This document shows positions 11,077-24,962 of a stretch of DNA of 64,000 nucleotides, one piece after another. Made by a program: the position numbers and the translations under genes. Position 1 is the first letter of the stretch; every line of letters begins with the position of its first letter. The stretch is from Chloropicon primus (Eukaryota): assembly GCA_023205875.1 (NCBI GenBank), contig CP060758.1:186001-250000 (forward strand), written 5' to 3'. The notes under the pieces are model-generated. The model was not told the DNA's origin, ran no database searches, and was given only the letters and a program-made list of their open reading frames with translations.

Positions 11077-11216
11077 CCCCCCCTCAAATTTGAAGATGGG
11101 ACGGGGAGTCCGTGCCAACGCCAGGCGGCATCTGCGGGGGGATTGAGGAAGACCGCGCAGGGGAGCATTATAGCGTACAAATTTATTGTTTATTGCATAA
11201 AAGCATTATTGATTTC

Positions 11217-14200
11217 TTACAACTGAGACATAGGATTCGTCGTCACTCGGCTCTTTCTGCCGCTTGTCTCGGCATTACCTTTGCTAGATATCGAGTTTGT
11301 CATGATGCTCTTCGGCAGCGCTCCGGCATCATCAACTTTGCTGCTCATAGGATTCGTCGTCACTCGGCTCTTTCTGCCGCTTGTCTCGGCATTACCTTTG
11401 CTAGATATCGAGTTTGCCATGATGCTCTTCGGCAGCGCTCCGGCATCATCAACTTTGCTGCTCATAGGATTCGTCGTCACTCGGCTCTTTCTGCCGCTTG
11501 TCTCGGCATTACCTTTGCTAGATATCGAGTTTGTCATGATGCTCTTCGGCAGCGCTCCGGCATCATCAACTTTGCTGCTCATAGGATTCGTCGTCACTCG
11601 GCTCTTTCTGCCGCTTGTCTCGGCATTACCTTTGCTAGATATCGAGTTTGTCATGATGCTCTTCGGCAGCGCTCCGGCATCATCAACTTTGCTGCTCATA
11701 GGATTCGTCGTCACTCGGCTCTTTCTGCCGCTTGTCTCGGCATTACCTTTGCTAGATATCGAGTTTGCCATGATGCTCTTCGGCAGCGCTCCGGCATCAT
11801 CAACTTTGCTGCTAGACGTCTCGCCACTAATTTGAACCTTGGAGAGAGGATTGATGACCTTGGATTGTCTGATCAAGTCCCTCTTCTTGGAATGAGATTC
11901 GCTCACAAACGTCCTTGCCTTGAGCCATTCCTTGGTCACCTTGGAAGGAAGTGGCGTGCTTTCCCCGTCCCCGGAGATCCGTCTTTTCGCTAGAGGATTT
12001 GCCATTACTCTCACTTCCGTGGACGGGCTTGGACTATGCAGGATTCCATCATCATGAGAATCACTCGCAGACTTTTTTACCTTCAGCTTGGCCACCTTGG
12101 AAGGAAGTGGCGTGCTTTCCCCGTCCCCGGAGATCCGTCTTTTCGCTAGAGGATTTGCCATTCCTCTCACTTCCGTGGACGGGCTTGGACTATGCAGGAT
12201 TCCATCATCATGAGAATCACTCGCAGACTTTTTTACCTTCAGCTTGGCCACCTTGGAAGGAAGTGGCGTGCTTTCCCCGTCCCCGGAGATCTGTCTTTTT
12301 GCCAGAGGATTTGCAATTACGCTCGCTTGCGTGGACGAGCTTGGACTATCCAGGTTTCCTTCGTCATGAGAAAGCAAGGACTTGAACTGGGATGGCGATC
12401 CAACGCAATTCTCGGCGTTTTCGTTCTTAAGGTACTCCTTGGATATTTTAGAAGGCAGCTGGGAGTTTCCCCCCGCTGGCTTCTTGCGGATGGCAACCAA
12501 GCCACCCTTGCCAATGAGGAAGAGACTCCAAAGCAGCAAGCACGTGCTCAGTACAATCACACTCCAGGTCAACCCAGTTTCTACCATAGGGTTCCCGGTT
12601 CCCGTCGGATTCGAGTAAAAGAAGCTGCACATGCTGAGTGTTAGGGCTGTCACGAACAAAGCCCCTGTCTCCAACTCGTTCAGAGTCTGAGAAGTGTACG
12701 GCTTGATATAAGCGTGAAGGGTCAAGTAGGTCATGGAAATCACACTCAGAGTGAACACCTGGGTCCCGAGATCCTCTTGAAGGAGAACCAAAGCCATAAC
12801 CAAGCCGATCTTTCTCAACATGTTGATGCACTCGTACCAGTAAAGTTCCTCTCGGTAGTTGTGGAACAAGAACATGTACCTCACTTTCACCGACTGATCG
12901 GCCAGGTTCCCTCGATACCAGTAGAGCTGGGCAAATACTTGCAGAGGTATGCCGACAATGTACAGCAGTCCGAAAATGTACCCCAACTTCACGGCAGAGT
13001 CGTGCTTGGAGGTCTCACATTGCACGGACAAGTCTGCGGACAACACAGACACACCTCGGTCCAAATCGCGGCACTCGAAGATTCCGAGAAGAATCTGACT
13101 CACCATGCTGTAAGTGAAAAACCAGAGCATCTGGCTCACCATCACAAACACGTCCCCGAATCGTATGTTCTTGGTGGTCCTCTTCAAAAAGTGGATCCCC
13201 GTCAGGCACAGGCCGAGGATCACGCAAGCTGGAGGGATAGTCAGCGAGGAGTAAAATTGGCTGTAATAATCCGCTTGCACCATGCAATTGAAGCTACTGA
13301 ACTGAAAGGGCGAGACGTTCGAGACATCTTGCACCTGAAAGAACCTCTCCATGCTATCATTTGAAGATACCCTAACCTGGGAAGCTATGGATGCCATCTG
13401 CAGCCAATTAATCACGATCTTGACCACACTCAGAGCAATGGATTCTTCGTCCTTTGAGTTGGCATGTGCAGTGGCCTTCCTCAGATTGTTGAAGACTAAT
13501 CCGTAGAGCAAGGCGAAAAAAGCAAAGATCGCAAACAAGACGAAAATGATGCCGCTGGCACTGAAGGAGGAATCGCACTTGGCGCAAACTCCATAAGTCT
13601 TGCCGTATCCTTTCGTACATTTGGAGCACAAGAGGCCCTCGTGCCCCTCTCGGCACAGGGGCCCAGAAGCCCCGCTTCCCGTGTGGTTGGAAGCTCCTCC
13701 CATGCTAAGGCAAAGACGTAGAGCAGAAGGCGCAAAGGTGATGTTAGACTGACTGGAGATAAGCTACTAGAAAGAGAGGAAAGGTTGCAAAAAACTTACC
13801 AGAGGGTGTAGCCATTGGGACTCTCACAGCTAAAGAACGAAGTGGAAGCAGGGTCCGATCTCCAAAACCCTGGAAGTGCGATCATGCTACTGATGTCGCC
13901 ACCAGGGCACAAGGCCCCTGCTTCGCATGGCATGCACATTCCCTGATGCATGTAATACCCGTTTCCACACAAGCATTCCTCGGAAGAAAGCGATCCTTGC
14001 TTCGGCGTGGTGGCACCCTCTCCCAATTTGCTTGTGCACAGCATGCACGCCACAGCATCTCCCGGCGTGTCCTTGTAGCCACCCACAGGGCACAAGTCAC
14101 ACGTGTTATCAAGCGAAGAGCCAAAATAACCAGGAGCGCACTGGCATGAGATTGAAGTATTAGCACTTCCCATAGTCACCGTTCCAAGATTGCAAAAGCA

Positions 14201-17200
14201 TTCTTCAATACTGGTGGCTGTTACTCCATTGATGACTGTGCTTCCAGAGGGACATGCGGTGCATTGCACGTTACCCACATCACCTTTGAATGCACTGGCG
14301 CCACATGAACTGCAACCAATACTGACCACTGTGGCATCGCCGCCATGTCCTGCGCTGCACTCGCAACGACCAGTTTCGTCATTCATCTCCGCATTGATAC
14401 CACAGCCACACAAATCGGAGTCAGTGGCGTTGGTGACCCCATCAGCAATAGATGATCCCGGGGGACAAGGGCTGCATTGCGCGTTGCCCACATCGCCCTT
14501 GTAGGATCCAGCACCACACGCACTGCAACCAATACTGACGACAGTGGCATCGCCGCCATATCCTGCACTGCACTCGCAACGATCGCCCGCGTCATTCAAT
14601 AATGCATTGATAACGCAACCGCATGATGCAGAGGCAGTGGCATTGGTGACGTCACCAATGATCGAGGCGCCTGAAGGGCAAGGGCTGCATTGCGTGTTGC
14701 CCACATCGCCCTTGTAGGATCCAGCACCACATGCACTGCAACCAATGAAAGTATTTGTTGCATCACCGCCATATCCTGCGCTGCACTCGCAACGACCAGT
14801 TTCGTCATTCATCTCCGCATTGATACCACAGCCACACAAATCGGAGTCAGTGGCGTTGGTGACCCCATCAGCAATAGATGATCCCGGGGGACAAGGGCTG
14901 CATTGCGTGTTGCCCACATCGCCTTTGTAGGATCCAGCACCACACGCACTGCAACCAATACTGACGACAGTGGCATCGCCGCCATATCCTGCACTGCACT
15001 CGCAACGATCGCCCGCGTCATTCAATAATGCATTGATAACGCAACCGCATGATGCAGAGGCAGTGGCATTGGTGACGTCACCAATGATCGAGGCGCCTGA
15101 AGGGCAAGGGCTGCATTGCGTGTTGCCCACATCGCCCTTGTAGTATTCAGTACCACATGCACTGCAACCGATGAAAGTATTCGTTGCATCACCGCCATAT
15201 CCTGCGCTGCACTCGCAACGACCAGTTTCGTCATTCATCTCCGCATTGATACCACAGCCACACAAATCGGAGTCAGTGGCGTTGGTGACCCCATCAGCAA
15301 TAGATGATCCCGGGGGACAAGGGCTGCATTGCGTGTTGCCCACATCGCCTTTGTAGGATCCAGCACCACACGCACTGCAACCAATACTGACGACAGTGGC
15401 ATCGCCGCCATATCCTGCACTGCACTCGCAACGATCGCCCGCGTCATTCAATAATGCATTGATAACGCAACCGCATGATGCAGAGGCAGTGGCATTGGTG
15501 ACGTCACCAATGATCGAGGCGCCTGAAGGGCAAGGGCTGCATTGCGTGTTGCCCACATCGCCCTTGTAGGATTCAGTACCACATGCACTGCAACCGATGA
15601 AAGTATTCGTTGCATCACCGCCATATCCTGCGCTGCACTCGCAACGACCAGTTTCGTCATTCATCTCCGCATTGATACCACAGCCACACAAATCGGAGTC
15701 AGTGGCGTTGGTGACCCCATCAGCAATAGATGATCCCGGGGGACAAGGGCTGCATTGCGCGTTGCCCACATCGCCCTTGTAGGATCCAGTACCACACGCA
15801 CTGCAACCAATACTGACGACAGTGGCATCGCCGCCATATCCTGCACTGCACTCGCAACGATCGCCCGCGTCATTCAATAATGCATTGATAACGCAACCGC
15901 ATGATGCAGAGGCAGTGGCATTGGTGACGTCACCAATGATCGAGGCGCCTGAAGGGCAAGGGCTGCATTGCGTGTTGCCCACATCGCCCTTGTAGGATCC
16001 AGCACCACATGCACTGCAACCAATGAAAGTATTTGTTGCATCACCGCCATATCCTGCGCTGCACTCGCAACGACCAGTTTCGTCATTCATCTCCGCATTG
16101 ATACCACAGCCACACAAATCGGAGTCAGTGGCGTTGGTGACCCCATCAGCAATAGATGATCCCAGGGGACAAGGGCTGCATTGGGTGTTGCCCACATCGC
16201 CTTTGTAGGATCCAGCACCACACGCACTGCAACCAATACTGACGACAGTGGCATCGCCGCCATATCCTGCACTGCACTCGCAACGATCGCCCGTGTCATT
16301 CAATAATGCATTGATAACGCAACCGCATGATGCAGAGGCAGTGGCATTGGTGACGTCACCAATGATCGAGGCGCCTGAAGGGCAAGGGCTGCATTGCGTG
16401 TTGCCCACATCGCCCTTGTAGGATCCAGCACCACATGCACTGCAACCAATGAAAGTATTTGTTGCATCACCGCCATATCCTGCGCTGCACTCGCAACGAC
16501 CAGTTTCGTCATTCAGCTCCGCATTGATACCACAGCCACACAAATCGGAGTCAGTGGCGTTGGTGACCCCATCAGCAATAGATGATCCCGGGGGACAAGG
16601 GCTGCATTGCGTGTTGCCCACATCGCCTTTGTAGGATCCAGCACCACACGCACTGCAACCAATGCTGACGACAGTGGCATCGCCGCCATATCCTGCACTG
16701 CACTCGCAACGATCGCCCGCGTCATTCAGCTCTGCATTAACTCCGCAACCACACAAATCCGCATCAGTGGCATTGGTGACCCCATCAGCAATAGATGATC
16801 CAGAGGGACAAGAAGTGCATTGCGTGTTGCCCATGGCACCCTTGTACGATCCAGTACCACATGGACTGCAACCAATGCTGACGACAGTGGCATCACCGCC
16901 ATGTCCTGCACCGCACTCGCAACGATCACCTTCGTCATTCAGCTCTGCATTTCCTCCGCAACCACACAAATCCGCATCAGTGGCGTTGGTGACCCCATCA
17001 GCAATAGACGATCCAGAGGGACAAGAAGTGCATTGCGTGTTGCCCATGGCACCCTTGTACGATCCAGTACCACATGGACTGCAACCAATGCTGACGACAG
17101 TGGCATCGCCGCCATACCCCGCACCGCATTCGCAACGATGGCTTACTTCATTTAACTCTGCATTTCCTCCGCAACCACATGACTCGGAATTAGTGGCGTT

Positions 17201-20200
17201 GATTAAGCCACCAATGATGGATCCTCCTGAAGGGCAGGGAGTGCACTGCGTGTTCCCATTACCACTCTTATACGATCCAGTACCGCACGCACTACAGCCA
17301 ATACTGACCACTGTGGCATCACCGCCATATCCTGCACTGCACTCGCAACGGCCCATATCTGAATTAAGTGTAGAATGAGCAAGGCATGTGCAACTTCCGG
17401 CATCTGTAGCATTAGTGAGCCCACCAAGAATAGATGATCCAGAGGGACAAGAAGTGCATGGCGTGTTGCCGATGTCACCCTTGTAAGCTCCAGTACCGCA
17501 CGCACTGCAACCAATGTTGGCAACTGTGGCATCACCGCCGTACCCTGCTTTGCACTCGCAACGATCACCCACATCATTTATCTCGGAATTTAGTCCACAG
17601 ACACATGAATTGGCGTCAGTAGCATTTAGGGCTTGATCAGCAATCACAGCTCCGACGTAACAAGGCGTGCAACCAACATTTCCAACTTCAACCTTGTAGG
17701 CGAATGCGCCACATCCACTGCAGCCCATACCCGCCACTGTGGCATCACCGCCATATCCTGCACTGCACTCGCAACGATCACCTTCGTCATTCAGCTCTGC
17801 ATTAACTCCGCAACCACACAAATCCGCATCAGTGGCGTTGGTGACCCCATCAGCAATAGATGATCCAGAGGGACAAGAAGTGCATTGCGTGTTGCCCATG
17901 GCACCCTTGTACGATCCAGTACCACATGGACTGCAACCAATGCTGACGACAGTGGCATCACCGCCATATCCTGCACCGCACTCGCAACGATCACCTTCGT
18001 CATTCAGCTCTGCATTTCCTCCGCAACCACACAAATCCGCATCAGTGGCGTTGGTGACCCCATCAGCAATAGACGATCCAGAGGGACAAGAAGTGCATTG
18101 CGTGTTGCCCATGGCACCCTTGTACGATCCAGTACCACATGGACTGCAACCAATGCTGACGACAGTGGCATCGCCGCCATATCCTGCACTGCACTCGCAA
18201 CGATCACCTTCGTCATTCAGCTCTGCATTTCCTCCGCAACCACACAAATCCGCATCAGTGGCGTTGGTGACCCCATCAGCAATAGACGATCCAGAGGGAC
18301 AAGAAGTGCATTGCGTGTTGCCCATGGCACCCTTGTACGATCCAGTACCACATGGACTGCAACCAATGCTGACGACAGTGGCATCGCCGCCATACCCCGC
18401 ACCGCATTCGCAACGATGGCTTACTTCATTTAACTCTGCATTTCCTCCGCAACCACATGACTCGGAATTAGTGGCGTTGATTAAGCCACCAATGATGGAT
18501 CCTCCTGAAGGGCAGGGAGTGCACTGCGTGTTCCCATTACCACTCTTATACGATCCAGTACCGCACGCACTACAGCCAATACTGACCACTGTGGCATCAC
18601 CGCCATATCCTGCACTGCACTCGCAACGGCCCATATCTGAATTAAGTGTAGAATGAGCAAGGCATGTGCAACTTCCGGCATCTGTAGCATTAGTGAGCCC
18701 ACCAAGAATAGATGATCCAGAGGGACAAGAAGTGCATGGCGTGTTGCCGATGTCACCCTTGTAAGCTCCAGTACCGCACGCACTGCAACCAATGTTGGCA
18801 ACTGTGGCATCACCGCCATACCCTGCTTTGCACTCGCAGCGATCACCCGCATCATTCATCTCGGAATTTAGTCCACAGGCACATGAGTCCGCGTCAGTGG
18901 CATCAGTGTCACCCTCCGCAATAGATGATCCAGAGGGACAAGAAGTGCATGGCGTGTTGCCGATGTCACCCTTGTAAGCTCCAGTACCGCACGCACTGCA
19001 ACCAATGTTGGCAACTGTGGCATCACCGCCATACCCTGCTTTGCACTCGCAGCGATCACCCGCATCATTCATCTCGGAATTTAGTCCACAGGCACATGAG
19101 TCCGCGTCAGTGGCATCAGTGTCACCCTCCGCAATAGATGATCCAGAGGGACAAGAAGTGCATGGCGTGTTGCCGATGTCACCCTTGTAAGCTCCAGTAC
19201 CGCACGCACTGCAACCAATGTTGGCAACTGTGGCATCACCGCCATACCCTGCTTTGCACTCGCAGCGATCACCCGCATCATTCATCTCGGAATTTAGTCC
19301 ACAGGCACATGAGTCCGCGTCAGTGGCATCAGTGTCACCCTCCGCAATAGATGATCCAGAGGGACAAGAAGTGCATGGCGTGTTGCCGATGTCACCCTTG
19401 TAAGCTCCAGTACCGCACGCACTGCAACCAATACTGACCACTGTGGCATCACCGCCGTACCCTGCTTTGCACTCGCAGCGATCACCCGCATCATTCATCT
19501 CGGAATTTAGTCCACAGGCACATGAATCGGCGTCAATCGCATCAGTGTCACCCTCCGCAATAGATGATCCAGAGGGACAAGAAGTGCATGGCGTGTTGCC
19601 GATGTCACCCTTGTAAGCTCCAGTACCGCACGCACTGCAACCAATGTTGGCAACTGTGGCATCACCGCCATACCCTGCTTTGCACTCGCAGCGATCACCC
19701 GCATCATTCATCTCGGAATTTAGTCCACAGGCACATGAATCGGCGTCAGTGGCATCAGTGTCACCCTCCGCAATAGATGATCCAGAGGGACAAGAAGTGC
19801 ATGGCGTGTTGCCGATGTCACCCTTGTAAGCTCCAGTACCGCACGCACTGCAACCAATGTTGGCAACTGTGGCATCACCGCCATACCCTGCTTTGCACTC
19901 GCAGCGATCACCCGCATCATTCATCTCGGAATTTAGTCCACAGGCACATGAGTCCGCGTCAGTGGCATCAGTGTCACCCTCCGCAATAGATGATCCAGAG
20001 GGACAAGAAGTGCATGGCGTGTTGCCGATGTCACCCTTGTAAGCTCCAGTACCGCACGCACTGCAACCAATGTTGGCAACTGTGGCATCACCGCCATACC
20101 CTGCTTTGCACTCGCAGCGATCACCCGCATCATTCATCTCGGAATTTAGTCCACAGACACATGAATCAGCATCAGTGGCGTTGGTGACCCCCTCCGCAAT

Positions 20201-23200
20201 AGATGATCCTGGGGGACAGAGGGTGCATTGAGTATTTCCAACACCACTCTTGTAAGCTCCAGTGCCACACGCAGTGCAGCCTAGGACAAGGGGACTCCTG
20301 CCATACCCTGCCTCGCATTCGCAGACTTTCATAAAAATATTCAATTGCGAATGAGAGGGACAAACGCAATCCAGTATTGACGTCGCAGGCTCAGGGTCGG
20401 AGGATTCAAGAAAATTTGTAAAAGAACCGTCCGGACATTGAGTGCATTGCAAGCCATCTCCGGAGTACGTGTCATCTGGGCACCGGTTGCAAAATGTTGC
20501 GGCAATCGTTTCATCCATGAAATGTCCTGGGGGACAACGGCATGTACTGTACCACAACACACTTCCATTATCTAAAACGAGCTGCGCAGTAGCCATTTGA
20601 CAAGCTCTGCCCGCATTAGTTTTGAGATGAGTTTGACGTGGGCTCTCGCTATATGAATCACCAATGCCCAAATATACGAAAAAGATGTCCAAAGTCGACC
20701 CAATTGTCGTATTGGTCACTTCACAAAGCGCTTTCCTCGGGTGCTCCGCGGTGTATTCAACGTTTTCGCAATCGTAGCAGTTTTTTGTACTTCCAGCAGG
20801 ATGAAGTGAACACAGCTTTGCATGGAATTGTTCAGGACTTGGTGAGAAATTCTCACCTGTGATTGTGAATTGCCACGTATCGCTGGTGTGTATCGCTGCT
20901 GGCACAATTTCATGGGGTTCAATATTCTCCACAAGGGGTGGCGCATACTCAAACAAGGAATCTACCCCAGCTCGCGATATCCGACCATAATTCTTCGCAA
21001 CAAGCTCCCCTGCTGGGTAAATACCTGGGGGAGAAAAGCACAACCAAGTTCCTATGGAGGAGTGAGCAAATATGTCGCAAGGCTGACCCCCAATCGTTAC
21101 TTCTCCCCTTGGATCGGCACCAATGAAAGGCCCACGGATGACCAATAGCTCCCCTCCTTCCGTCACTCCTTCATTGGGTGTCACAGCTGTGATATTTGGT
21201 TGCACTGGAGATGGCACACAGAAAGAGGTGTCCTGGAGCATGGAGTATCCTTTTCCGCAGTTCAACCAAAGCTCGTTGTTCATGTTGTCGAAACTGAAGT
21301 ACAGGTCGGTGTCCCCATCATTGTCGAAGTCGCCTGCAAGCATATGAGCGAGGTTGCTTACTGGAGCTCTCATTTGCACTGACTTTTTGATTTTTCCGAG
21401 AAAGTCTCCATTTCCGTCGTTGAATACCAGCACAACCGAATCACTCGTACCTGATTGCACCACAAGGTCCATTGCCCCATCATTATTCACATCCAGTAAA
21501 GCGAACTGCGCCCATAAAGGACCCATAAACCATCTTGACATTGTTGTGTCCCGAAAATACGCATTTCCGTCATTGGCCAGGATAATCAAGGAATGCCCTG
21601 GTCCTGAAAGAACAATATCGACTGCTCCGTCAAGATTGATGTCACAGGCCATTACTTGCTCGGGACCTTCCCAAGCCCAAGGGGCAGCACCAAAACGTTT
21701 GATTCGGCTATAGTCATCATTTACTGATGTAAAGAGGCCCGTCCCGTCATTCAGAAACAGTTGCGGTTCTTCATGATTGTTTTCTCGGTATTCTTGCAAC
21801 ACAAATACGCTGCATGAAAGAGGCAAGAGAGAAGAGTCAGCAAATCGAAGCGGCACACGAGAAAGACACGAAAAACTTACTCTGTGGATCCATCCCCATT
21901 GAAGTCAGCTGCAACCACAGCAACACTGGATTTCAAATCCATCCATTGCGACAAGTGCCCACCAGTTGCTATTGCATAGCCGCCCTCGCCGTCGTTCACC
22001 CAAAAGTCGTTCCGTTGTCCGTTGTTGACCACATATAGGTCCATGTGACCATTGCCGGTCGCATCGAAAGCAACAGCTTGCATGCTCTTACCGTCAGAAG
22101 ACCCTAACTCTATTTTCTCCCACTCACACTGGGTATCCGTCACGCACGTGCTCAGCAGCAGCTCATTTGGCGATTCGTAATTAACGATGAAGAGGTCATC
22201 ATGACCGTCATTGTTGGCATCAAAAGTCACTGCATGTTTAGTCACTTTGTCACCTGTTCCGTCTGTGAAGATATTTGCGTCCTCTTGCAACGCAAATATT
22301 CCGCTGCCATCATTCACCAAGACCTGATTCTCCTGCAAGTGGTTGAACACAATAATGTCAAGTGCCCCATCGCTGTTGTAGTCAAAGGACACCGAGAACT
22401 GACTAGCCATTCTACCTGTAGAAGCATCACCACCAAGGTCAGATTCAAACCTACTCATCTTGTAATGCGTGTCGCTGTCCATCACGTAATTTTGGTCGTT
22501 GACCCAACCATCAAGAAACAACATTTTATTTTGCAGTTTTTGTCGGGCAATGACGAGCGACTTTTCACCGGTGAATGGCGGGGTACACCTGTGTATAGCT
22601 GCAACGCCAAAAGAATCTATAGATGGGTCCACTCGCATTTCACTATCGTGCGGGAGGTGTCTGAATATGCCAGTCCCGTCATTCATAAGGGCTTCGTTCT
22701 CGGATTGGTTACCATTGGCAACATACAAATCAAGGTCTCCATCTCCGTCAAGGTCAAGTGCAATGGCATGGTACGAGCTGTGCGAAAATTTCACGGCATC
22801 ATTGTGGACCCCCCCCGGATGATCAGCGGTGAAAGCATGGTCACCGAAAGTAGGTTCATTCCCACGGTTGAGAAAGATTTGATTCCTCTGACCCAAATTC
22901 GTGACAAACAGATCTATGTCCCCGTCCCCGTCAAGATCTCCCGCAGCAACGCTTGTTGAGTTTTCGCTTCCTACTTTCGCCGCAGTTGCTTCCCCTGCTT
23001 CAGCTTGCACGAAATTGCAATTGCCATTCTCAACATAGAACTCATTTGAAACCCCATTCTGGTTCACCACAAAGATGCACAACTTCCCGTCTTGGCCACA
23101 GACGTAGGCCACAGCGTCAATGCTTGGATTGCTTGTCGCGGATATCGGCGCCGAATTCCCGCTTTCCTGCTCTTCAAAGGTGCCCGTACCATCGTTCAGG

Positions 23201-24468
23201 TACAGCTTGTTTGGTTCATTGTAATTCACCACAAAGAGATCCTGAGCCCCGTCCCGGTTGCAGTCCAGCTTGATAGCAGCTTTTGATCTGCTGCTGGAAG
23301 ACGTGGCATCCCCACCGTCTACAGAAGTGAACAACTCGTGAGAATAAGGATACTCACCATCGGTATCAGGGCCCTGGTTGATGAGCAACCCGTTTGGAGA
23401 GCCGTCGTTTGTCACATACAAGTCGACTCTCCCATCACCATTGGCATCAAATGCAACTCCATTGGTGCTGTTCGCGATTGAGCTCGACAGGTCGCCTCCA
23501 CTCACAAATGTCCCCTTCAGTCCTTCTGACCCAGATTGGACTCCCTCCACCCCAACAGTCTCACCAAGCACACCGAGTGTCAGCTGGTTGTGATTGTTCC
23601 AGTTGATCCAGACCAGGTCGTTCGCGCATCCATCCCCAGTGAAGTCTGCGGCGATGTACTTCATCGATATAGGGTTCTTGAACAACTGAAAAATCGTAAG
23701 ATCCTCGTTGATATAGACTGAACAATCGATAGTCTCATCTTCACAACTGTCCAACTCCATCGAAATATAAACGTCCTCGACACCGCTTCTCATGACCTGC
23801 ATACCACCGGAGCCTGTTGCAGTTGGACGTGGGACCACTGCAAGGACCGCTTTTCCTGCGCTCACGCTTCCCGCGGCGGGAGGGTTTATCTCCTCGGTGC
23901 TGGGTGTCTTAAGAATAGCTCTCACCTCTATGTTGTACTCTTGCCAAGGCTGAAGATTCTCGATTCTCGCTGTTACTGGAACACGATTGCTCAACCAGGC
24001 ATCATAAAGGTAGTTTTCGGAGTCAGGATTGACATGATACAGTATATCAACGTCATTGAAACGGCTGTCACCGTCTCCTACACTACCATAATGGAAGCTA
24101 CGACGAAACGGTGGTTCACAACGAACGTCTGCAACTACTGTTGTCACAGACCATGTTGCACCAACTTGCGTGTCTTTCACCGTCACTTCGAAGTCAAAGC
24201 GCGGCGTGAGATCATACGATATCGTGTAACCCTTCGCACTGACACCACTAAACGTGTACGTATGCTCTGTACCGGTCTCTTTGCAGTTTGGTGGTTGCCA
24301 CTCCACCTCCAAGGTGGAACCTGAAGTCGAGGTGGCCTTCTTTACTAGAAGACCTTGAGGCTTATTGACGCTCTCAGTGATAACCTGAGATTGAACGTGG
24401 CCCGAAAGCAGCAACACCAACGCAACGACCGCGAAGAAAGTCGCTTTGCAAGCCTCCCTCCTTATCAT
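11217..24468 (-). CDS. Giant (~4361 aa) cell-surface multi-pass membrane protein: signal peptide, FG-GAP/VCBS repeats, IPT/TIG domain, ~29 Cys-rich GCC2/GCC3 (ephrin-receptor-like) repeats, multi-TM domain, repetitive cytoplasmic tail; 3 exons (24468-21881, 21809-13800, 13704-11217)
   Basis: MIRREACKATFFAVVALVLLLSGHVQS signal; many DxDGDGDxDLxV motifs; PNITAVTPNEGVTEGGELLVIRG (IPT); CREGHEGLLCSKC followed by hydrophobic helices. Introns 21810-21880 and 13705-13799 keep the frame (13086 nt total). Confidence 0.85.
11229..11813. repeat. Coding tandem repeat, 5 x 117 bp (39 aa)
   Basis: cataggattcgtcgtcactc recurs at 11229, 11346, 11463, 11580 and 11697; copies are near identical. Confidence 0.95.
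11935..12320. repeat. Coding tandem repeat, ~2.5 x 156 bp (52 aa)
   Basis: ccttggaaggaagtggcgtgc at 11939, 12095 and 12251. Confidence 0.92.
14190..20330. repeat. Coding tandem array of ~29 x 213 bp (71 aa, 8 Cys per unit) with higher-order structure
   Basis: Unit ...RCECxAGYGGDAT...GCSxCG.G.YKG..GNTxC..CP.GSS...AT....C.C; shadow ORFs recur every 213 and 426 bp. Confidence 0.95.
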
Positions 24469-24962
24469 CCGTGGCGTCCTGGCGGCAAAAGCAAAGATGA
24501 CCAAACCGACGGTGGGACCCTTGTATAGTTTTGACTTACGTCATCATCCTTGTAGCGTCAAGTCAAGTCGGATCTTCATCTTTCCCTTTCCTTGGACCTT
24601 GAACACCCAGTACTGGTTCCTTCACTTGGCGCCTGCCCTCATATCATATAGTAGCAGTGCTCCTCCTCCTCGGTAGCCTCTCTGCCCCTTCCTCTCCCTT
24701 CGGAAACATGAGTTGTCATTCTTACCCCTTCGCCACAATTTGATTGGGAAAGAGAGAGAGTTTTCCAAAGGACGAAAGACGTTATGGAGGATGGGTGAAG
24801 AGGAGGGTTGATCGACCTCGACCTCTCCTCTCTTGTTGGTCTGTGACTTGAGCTAGCTCATCCCCGTCCTCTCTTGGGCGGCACCATGTCAAGGGGGTGA
24901 AGGAAGCATTCCTTCAATAATAATAAGTCAAGTAATGTAGAATAAAAAAATTGTCCCCTCTC

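Noticed and set aside
14383..20187. Dozens of 60-70 aa ORFs in alternative frames
   Set aside because: Shadows of the 213-bp coding repeat.
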